Source: Azolla caroliniana (Eukaryota; Plantae; Polypodiophyta). Taken from it: a DNA stretch of 46,778 nucleotides. A program made the position numbers and the translations under genes. Below the pieces are notes generated by a model. It saw only the letters and a list, made by a program, of their open reading frames with translations, did not search any database and was not told the origin of the DNA. Shown piece by piece: positions 38,990 through 46,778 of the stretch. How positions within the stretch are numbered: the first letter of the stretch is position 1; each line of letters opens with the position of its first letter. Location: NCBI GenBank assembly GCA_043228905.1, contig JBHGNT010000239.1, positions 1 to 46,778 on the forward strand. The letters are read 5' to 3'.

Positions 38990-39634
38990 CTTTTCTTTTA
39001 TACGCTCCCCACATTTTCCCTATTTTTTAACCTACCCCATCCCGTCTTTTTTCTAAAACACTCTATACCCCTCCCTCATTTCCTTTTTTTCTTATTACAC
39101 TTTACATTCCCCTCTCCTTCCTTCATTTTCATTTTCTTTGTCTTTTTCCTTCCTCATTTTCCTCTTTTGTTTTTCTAGTTTTGCTCATCCCCCACTTTTT
39201 CATATTTTTTACCCTACCCTTTTGTTTTCCTAGAACTCTTCCCTTGTTTAAGCTCTATCCCTTCCCAATCTCTTTTACTTCCCTACCCTCTCTTCCCCCT
39301 TTCCATATTTTCCCCACTTTTCACCATATCTTTTCCTCCCTTAGTCATTTTTCTTATTTTAGATGTACCCCTCCCTCTTATCCCCTTTCTAATTTTATTC
39401 TCCTTTTTCCCTTTCTCTCTCTTATGTTGGCACTTTTTCCTATATCCCCCTTTACTTTTTCTCTCTCTTACTTTTTACACTTTTCCCCAAGCCCCCTCCT
39501 CCAATTTTTTTTCCTCTCTCCTCTCTCCTCTCTCCTACCTCTTACTTTTTGTCCATTTTCTCTCTTTTTCTACCTCTCCCTTCCTCTCTTTCTCCCACGC
39601 TTTTATCAATATCCATTTTTTCCTTACACTCATC
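38990..39634 (+). repeat. Pyrimidine-rich low-complexity tract (continues at 43632-43810)
   Basis: Strong C/T bias on both sides of the TIR element. Confidence 0.8.
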
Positions 39635-41657
39635 AACACCGAGACATTTGAAACAGGTAATATGTTGAATTTTGAGAACTGTCCATCAAAAAATGACACA
39701 AATTAGGGCGATTCACAAAAAGGGGTGCCGCATGCGTAAAGGATTTAAAAAAATGACCCAAAAATATATTGATTTCTAGCATGTACGAAAATTTAGGTGT
39801 TCAAAAAAATGCCTATATAATGGACATGCAAAACTTACAAATGAACGTCCAAAATAACTAACACCAATATTTATAGAAATTCATGAATTCAATTATTGAT
39901 GTACAATACAATATTTACAGTTAACGTATTAGGACAATCGTTTTCCAAGTTTATGCCATCATCTTCATACCCATTAGATGAACTAGTAAGAGTTTATGAG
40001 GTCTCATCCTCATCATCAATGGCAACTAATGCATTGTCTTCATCCAATTGCAATCCAACCTCATCGAGGTTATGAGTCATGCTTCTTGTTTGTCTTTGTG
40101 TTGTGTCTGACACCACATTCGAGATCCTCTTTTAGTATCTTCATTGTGGTCTGTCGCAGATAACTTGTTTTGGTAAAAAATAAGTCATACACTAGTATAT
40201 AAACATTATCCAATGTAAGAGTAGATGTGCTTGATGCATTCTTTCTCCTCCATTTTTTGGTTATGATATTTAATTATGTACTTTCTATTTATGATATTTG
40301 ATTATGTGAGAGAAACCTTCTACCAAAATCATTAGAATCTAAAAAATGCCGTAAAGATGTTTTTTTATTTTTAATAGATTCTCATAGTAAGCCTTTGATG
40401 TCAAACTGAAATAAGATTCATTCCATCTAGATTTGATGCACTATGTCGAATTTTACTCAATACATCTAGAATTGGATGTAGTGCATCAGATTCCTGCTGT
40501 AAGTCTTCGAAATTTTAAAAAACTTTCCATTAAAAAAATACTCTTGCATTTTCAACTGAGACATAATGCATTGCATCGAATTCTAGCTATATAGACTAAA
40601 ATATGATACACTGCATTGGATTTGAGTTGAAAAAATGAAAAAATGAAAAAATGGATTTTCAACGGGAATCCGATGCATTGCATCGAATTTCATTTGAAAG
40701 TCCACTTTTTCTTATTTGTTTCCGAATGTTCTTATTTTTTGTAATTATTGTAATTATTGTAATTTTTTTAATTTTTTCTATAAATAAATAAAAAAAATTG
40801 AAAAAATGGATTTTCAATGGAAATCCAATGCAATGCATCAGATTGCAATTGAAAATCCACTTTTTCTTATTTTTTTACAAATTTTCAACGGGAATCCGAT
40901 GCATTGCATCAAATTTCATTTGAAAGTCCACTTTTTCTTATTTGTTTCCGAAAGTTCTTATTTTTTGTAATTTTTGTAATTTTTTATATTTTTTCTATAA
41001 ATAAATAAATACAAATTGAAAAAATGAATTTTCAATGGAAATCCAATGCAATGCATCAGATTGCAGTTGAAAATCCACTTTTCTTATTTTCTTATTTTTT
41101 GAATTTATTTTGAAATAAATAAATAAATAAAAATTGAAAAAATGTATTTTCAACGGAAATGCAATGCACTGCATCGGATTTCAGTTGAAAGTCCACTTTT
41201 TCTTATTTGTTTCAGAATTTTCGTATTTTTTGATTATTTGTTGTATTTGTTTTGAATTTTTTTATTTTCCCCATAAATAAATAAATAAAAATTGAATAAA
41301 TGGATTTTCAACATTCTTATTTTTTGAAATTTTTTGAATTGTTTTATTTTTCCCATAAATAAATAAATAAAAATTGAAAAAATGGAATTTCAATGGAAAT
41401 CCGATGAATTGCATTGGATTTTTGCTGAAAGTCCACTTTTTCTTATTTGTTTCCATATTTTCTTATTTTTTGATTTTTTTTGAATTGTTTTCTTTTTCCC
41501 ATAAATAAATAAATAAAATTTGAAAAAATAGATTTTCAATAGAAACCCGATGCACTGCATCGGATTTCAATTGAAAGTCCACTATTTCTTATTTGTTTCC
41601 AAATTTTCTTATATTTTGATTTTTTTTGTATTTTATTTGAATTGTTTTATTTTTCCC

Positions 41658-41689
<32 letters not shown>

Positions 41690-43631
41690 AAAAATGGATT
41701 TTGAACAGAAATCTGATGCAGTGCATCGGATTTGAGTAGAAAATCTAATTTTTCTTATTTGTTTTATTTTTTCCATAAAAATAAAAAAATCATGGATTTT
41801 GGCCATTTAAAATGATGTATTTTCAACGGAAATCTGATGCAATGCATCGGATTTCCTTTGGAAGTCCAAGATTTTTCTTTTTTTTTTTTCATTTATCATG
41901 GATTTTCAACTGAAATCCGATGAAGTGCATCAAATTTCCGTTGAAAATGCAATTTATTATTATTATTTCATTGTTTTATGAAAAAAATAAAAGAAATTTG
42001 GATTTTCAATTAAAATCCGATGCAATACATCAGATTTCAGTTGGAAATCCATTTTTTAAAATATTTTTATTTTTTTGTCGAAAAATGAAAAACAATTAAA
42101 AAAAGAAGGATTGTCAGCTAAAATTTGATGCATTACATCGATGTCTAGTTGTATAAACTACAATCCGATGCAATGCATCGGATTTTAGTTGAAAAGCCAT
42201 TTATTATTATTTTTATATGGAAAAAAATATAGAAAATAAAAAAATAAAAAACATTGAGAAAAGAAAAAGAAAAAAGGATTTTCGACTTTAATCCAATGCA
42301 TTGCATTGGATTCTAGTTGTATAGACTAAAAGACAATGTAGTGGATCATATTTTAGTTGAAAATCCATTTTTTTTATGGAAATTTTTTTAAAAATTACAA
42401 AATTAAAAAAATTCTTGGATTTTCAACTGGAATGTAATGCGTTGCATTGGATCTAGTTGAAAATCCAAGATTTTTTATATTTTCAAATTTTCAACGGGTT
42501 TTAGATTTGTTTTCCGACAGAGGTATATAAAACTTGTCACATCAATTTAGAGTAATGTTATAGTCTATTCTTCAGTTTGATGTCACATGTGCAATTTCAT
42601 TCTAATGTCATGTACTACTACAATATGCACCTTAAAGATGTTCAGGAACTCTGTTACATTAGAGAAGAACCCTGAGTAGGTTATTTTCATCAAAATGAGG
42701 ATCCAAGGTATCTGGGATTGTCCTGATCAAGACCAAGAAGTTGGGGCAAAACATATCAATGAAACTGAGATGTTCTAGATGACTTATAGAGAACCTATGG
42801 AACCTATAGATGAAGAAGTAGGGGACCTTGTTGAATTAGAAGACGTGTTAGAGTCTGAACATACCAAAGATTCAACTTAACGTATCGATGAAGCCAATGA
42901 CGACAATCCTAATGAAAGAGCTAATCTTGAAGTGGCGGCTTTACCAGACTTATTATTCGATTGAATGGAGATGGCTTATTGTAAAATTTGAACAATATGA
43001 ATTGTTAAAATTTGACGTAATCTATAAGTTGAGCTTATTTATAATTTTCGTGTAACACTCATTGACCTTAGAGATTAAGTATAATTCGTATGTGTACATG
43101 TTGTCTAAAGTTTCCTTTATCGTTTGGGGTATATGGGAGATAAAATTATACTCTATCATTTACTCGTATGATTGGAATGTTATTGTAGACTAGTTTATTT
43201 ATACATTGACGGTGTCATGTATCACGTGTCAATGGAAATTTTCTCTTGACATAGTAGTATATCTTAATTGCAAGGTTCACAATTTGCTTTCAGATATATT
43301 ATATATAAATATACACACATAATTAGAAGAAGCCACTTATTCAATGGGGTATGCTTTTTAGAATATGCACAAGGACTCGTGTTACTATTATACTTGTGTT
43401 GACGAATATACCCCTGTCTAAGAGTTGGATAAAAACATGGTAGATAGAATATACGTCGGATGATTTTGTTGACGTGATATTAGTTAGTTCTATTTTCGCT
43501 ATGTTTTCATAAACCACATACACATGCGTCGTGCCTTTTTGAAATTTTGTTAAATAAGGCATTTTTTACCATCTCACTAAGATATGAAAAAGAGAATGCG
43601 ACATATTACCTGTTTCAAATGACCTGGTGTT
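39635..43631. mobile_element. Non-autonomous TIR DNA transposon with 31-bp TIRs and a 5-bp TSD (TCATC)
   Basis: Left AACACCGAGACATTTGAAACAGGTAATATGT; reverse complement of right AACACCAGGTCATTTGAAACAGGTAATATGT (28/31); TCATC at 39630-39634 and 43632-43636. Confidence 0.85.
40425..42470. repeat. Array of roughly 20 palindromic units (GGATTTTCAA..ATCCGATGCAnTGCATCGGAT..TTGAAAATCC) with A/T spacers
   Basis: Units at ~40652, 40808, 41028, 41145, 41384, 41531, 41696, 41900, 42000, 42276, 42417 and others. Confidence 0.92.
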
Positions 43632-43843
43632 TCATCACCCCCTTGTCAGTATCCTCTCTAAAATCCCCAGAGTCACCCCTTTATCACTACCACTTTTCCC
43701 ATCTCTTATCACATTAAAACCTCATTTCTTCTATCTTTAAATCCTCCCCTTTTCAAGCACACCCCACTCTCCATTTTGAATCTCCCTCAAAATCTCTATA
43801 TAAACCATCCTACACCCCGCATGGTCATTTGGCACTAATGAGT

Positions 43844-43863
43844 CCCCCTACGGGCGAAACTAG
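43844..43863 (+). mobile_element. Possible Helitron 3' terminus
   Basis: Short GC hairpin CCC-TAC-GGG, then CTAG (43860-43863) followed by T. Confidence 0.4.
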
Positions 43864-43990
43864 TTTGCTCATGACCATGCCTATCCTTATGTAATTTCAT
43901 TTTTAATGATAATTAGACTTTGTCTTTTACCTCTCTCTCTCTCTCTCTCTCAATTAGTAATTAGTTAACTAATCCCCTCTCTCTCCCTTT

Positions 43991-44150
43991 TTCTCTCCTT
44001 CTCCTATATCTCTCATATTATGCTTGTAGGTATATTTAGTTTTAAATTTCTATTAGTAATTGAATTCTTAATCTCTCTTTCTCTCTCTCTCTTTACTACT
44101 CTATATGTAGGAATATGTAGTGTTTGTTTTTAATGTTAATTAGTGTTAAT

Positions 44151-44158
<8 letters not shown>
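43991..44158 (+). repeat. ~160-bp dispersed direct repeat, copy 2 (runs into LINE copy D)
   Basis: Collinear with 38510-38668. Confidence 0.9.

Positions 44159-44208
<50 letters not shown>
44151..44208 (+). repeat. (TC)n microsatellite, 5' flank of LINE copy D
   Basis: Read directly from the sequence. Confidence 0.96.
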
Positions 44209-44212
<4 letters not shown>

Positions 44213-44475
44213 AAAGCTCTCTGTAAGTTCACTCCGGCCATCGTTTTCTACGTTCTATAGCTCGTTGGAAAGCTCTTTGAGAGAGCTTTCTAAAGAATGT
44301 TCATTTACTGAATTCCGTTACCGTGGCGAGAAGTTATGAGCATTTTCATCCGCAACCATCTTTGCCCCACGGTTCCTCAAACGGAAGGTAGATTTTGAAG
44401 CCCTAAATCGAGTGAAAGGTACATTCTCTCTCCTTCCCTCTTTGTCTCTCTTTTCCCGTACGGTTTGTCCCTACA

Positions 44476-45345
44476 ATGGCAAATACTCGTAAAACCGCCG
44501 CAAAGTTTGGGGGTATGATTGATAATGAGCCGAGATCACCAACAAATCTCGATTCTAATGCAATGGACAAAATGCTTATGAGTCACTTGATTTCTCTTCA
44601 AGAAACCATAAACAAGCAAGGTGAAGAGATTAGGATGTTAATGAAAGAGAATACTAAGCTCCAAAGTGTTGTCATTGAGAATGAAAGTCTTAAACAAGTG
44701 GTTGCAAAACTTCAAGAAGAGATTCAAGAATGTAAAAGAGCTTCATTTGAAACAAATGAGCGCCTTAACAAGATTGAGTTAAAGGAAGCATTAAAAGAAG
44801 AAAAATTGGATACGATGAGGCGGGATGTAAGTGAGATGAAAAATGTATGTACAACGAAGTCATGGGCTGATGTATGTGGTGGGGATGTGTTATCAAACTC
44901 ATCTAATATGCATGTGATGCATCAAGAGAAGAATATAGAAAGCATAGATGTCCGAGAATTGAAAGAACGCGAACGACGATCAAAGAACATTGTCGTCCGT
45001 GGGATTAAAGAAGAGAGTATGGAAACACCCGCATCCCTTGGAAAGGCCATTGGTGAATTTTTTAGCATGCATTATGGGATGTCAGATGTGAATGTATATG
45101 GGGCACACCGAGTTGGGAAACATGGTGTTACTCGCTTCGGAGAAAGGCCTATTGTATGCACAATGACAGATAATACAAAGCGGCGGATCATACTCGAAAA
45201 TAGTTGGGTATACCTCAAAGGTACACAATGCTTTGTGAGTGAAGATCGTACTATCTCACAACAAAATGCTCGTCGTAAAGCATATGAAGAAAGATTGAAA
45301 AACAAGGTTAAGGATGTGCCTAAAGATGGAAATGTAGGCAAATAG
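44476..45345 (+). CDS. LINE ORF1 protein (coiled coil plus RRM-like domain), 289 aa
   Basis: Heptad-rich N-terminal half; ERERRSKNIVVRGIKE, HRVG..RPIV and VSEDRT motifs typical of LINE ORF1. Confidence 0.88.
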   Translation: MANTRKTAAKFGGMIDNEPRSPTNLDSNAMDKMLMSHLISLQETINKQGEEIRMLMKENTKLQSVVIENESLKQVVAKLQEEIQECKRASFETNERLNKIELKEALKEEKLDTMRRDVSEMKNVCTTKSWADVCGGDVLSNSSNMHVMHQEKNIESIDVRELKERERRSKNIVVRGIKEESMETPASLGKAIGEFFSMHYGMSDVNVYGAHRVGKHGVTRFGERPIVCTMTDNTKRRIILENSWVYLKGTQCFVSEDRTISQQNARRKAYEERLKNKVKDVPKDGNVGK

Positions 45346-46778
45346 GAACACGTGATCTATGAGACTAACCCACGCCTTTTACGACTATGCTTTTGGAATT
45401 GCAATGGATACCCATGGAATGCGGGATTTGGCATAGAGGAGTTCACCAATGACTCGGATATCACACTTCTTGTTGAAACATGAGAGCATGATACTCAAAG
45501 GATTCAAGGTTTAGGAAACTATAATGTACACTCTTTGATATGGAAGAAAAATCCAAGACAAAGAAGAGGACAAGGAGGGGTGGCATGTTTGATTAAGAAG
45601 GAAATAGAGAAATATGTGTCAATCATAAAAAATGATGAAAATAAATGCTACATATGGCTCAAAATAGAAACACCTAATGATTTGCCCACTTTTGTTGTTG
45701 GATGTTACATTCCTCATCAAGATTCTAACTTTTATGCTTGTTTGGATAAAGATCAACCGTTTGCCAATCTAGAAGATGATATTGCTTATTTCAAATCCAA
45801 AGGGGAAGTTATTGTCTTTGGTGACATGAATGCTCGTACAAGAAGTTTCCAACTTGATTCACAAGAATCTTTCATGCCACATATCTCAAGGATGCAAGAG
45901 GATATGCAAATGTATAACCGCTCTTCTAGCGATGAAAAAGATCCGGACCAATTTGGGAAACTACTCCTACAAATGTGCAATAGTACCGGATTGCTTATTG
46001 CAAATGGTATTTCCTTATGGCCCAACACTAATGGTTTTACATGTAGAAAATACAACGGAAATAGTGTGATTGATTATGTGCTACTTTCCGAAGGTATTTT
46101 GGATCGTATACATAAATTCTCACTTGGTGAATGGACACCGGAATCAGATCATAGGCCTTTATGTATTGATCTCAAATGTATGCATAGGTTTGATTGTGAG
46201 AAGGCTATTGAAAATAATAAACAACCGCACTTGAGCATGAACCTTAAGCGAGCACCCATGTATTCCAATATGGTTGAGGATATGTTACAAATGACAGAGA
46301 TACAACATGGTGCCACACTAGAATGCAAATGGGAAGCTTTCAAGAAAGTCATTCTCTCATGTACAAACAAATGTTTTTCGACCAACCGCACATCTTGGAA
46401 ATGCACCAAGAAACTTAGGAAAAAATGGTTTGATAAAGAATGTCGTGAAGCTCGAAAGTGCCTTATGGTTTTGGATGTAGTTAAGGATAAAGAGAATTAC
46501 CAAAAGCATTTGCATGAGTATAAAAGGCTTATTCAAAGAAAGAGAAGAATATGGGAAGTTACTCAACAATTTATCCAAACGCAAGAGAAAGCACATGCAT
46601 GTGCTAAATTTTGGGGAAATCTAAAGGGAAAACGTGTTGAGAGTTATGGTGACTTAACTCTTCACGACTTGTCTATGCATTGTAAGAATTTATATGAGTT
46701 ATCTCTTGCCGGAAAGATGATGTGTTATGGTTCTCTTTCACATATGCCTTCCTTCTTTACAATTGAAGATATATGCAT
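45346..46778 (+). pseudogene. LINE ORF2 N-terminal half (AP endonuclease and linker) with one TGA at 45481
   Basis: CFWNCNG, LVET*E (W in copy C), GGVA, GDMNAR, SVIDY, SDH; otherwise open to the window end. Confidence 0.9.

Larger units (their letters stand above)
44209..46778 (+). mobile_element. LINE copy D: 5' UTR, intact ORF1, and ORF2 running off the window
   Basis: Near-identical to copy C from ~44425; has a further ~215 bp of 5' UTR. Confidence 0.96.

Noticed and set aside
38960-39651. F/L/P/S-rich ORFs resembling membrane proteins
   Set aside because: Artefact of pyrimidine-rich low-complexity DNA.
40425-42470. Palindromic repeats with spacers resembling a CRISPR array
   Set aside because: Repeats are degenerate, spacers are related low-complexity A/T runs, there are no cas genes, and the context is a eukaryotic TE.

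Overview
Land-plant nuclear DNA dense in transposable elements. The very large TE-filled introns and (TC)n-rich repeats suggest a fern or other seed-free plant, but this is an inference. Two intact spliced host genes lie on the minus strand. (1) A SAM50/Omp85-family gene with 4 exons (33763->24254, 552 aa). (2) A PGPP1/GEP4-like HAD phosphatidylglycerophosphate phosphatase with 5 exons (18808->2684, 218 aa), whose second intron is 14.2 kb of nested retroelements. The rest comprises several decayed Ty1/copia elements (one nested inside another, one bounded by both LTRs), MITE/hAT remnants, a possible Helitron end, and a 4-kb TIR element with an apparent 5-bp TSD and an internal array of palindromes. 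The most striking signal is an APE-RT LINE family (RTEX/L2-like architecture) whose visible ends abut (TC)n microsatellite or TC-rich sequence. It forms head-to-tail chains with a conserved 3' stem-loop. Its ORF2 lies in frame behind ORF1, separated by a single TAG and lacking its own AUG. All calls were made by eye; no database searches were run.
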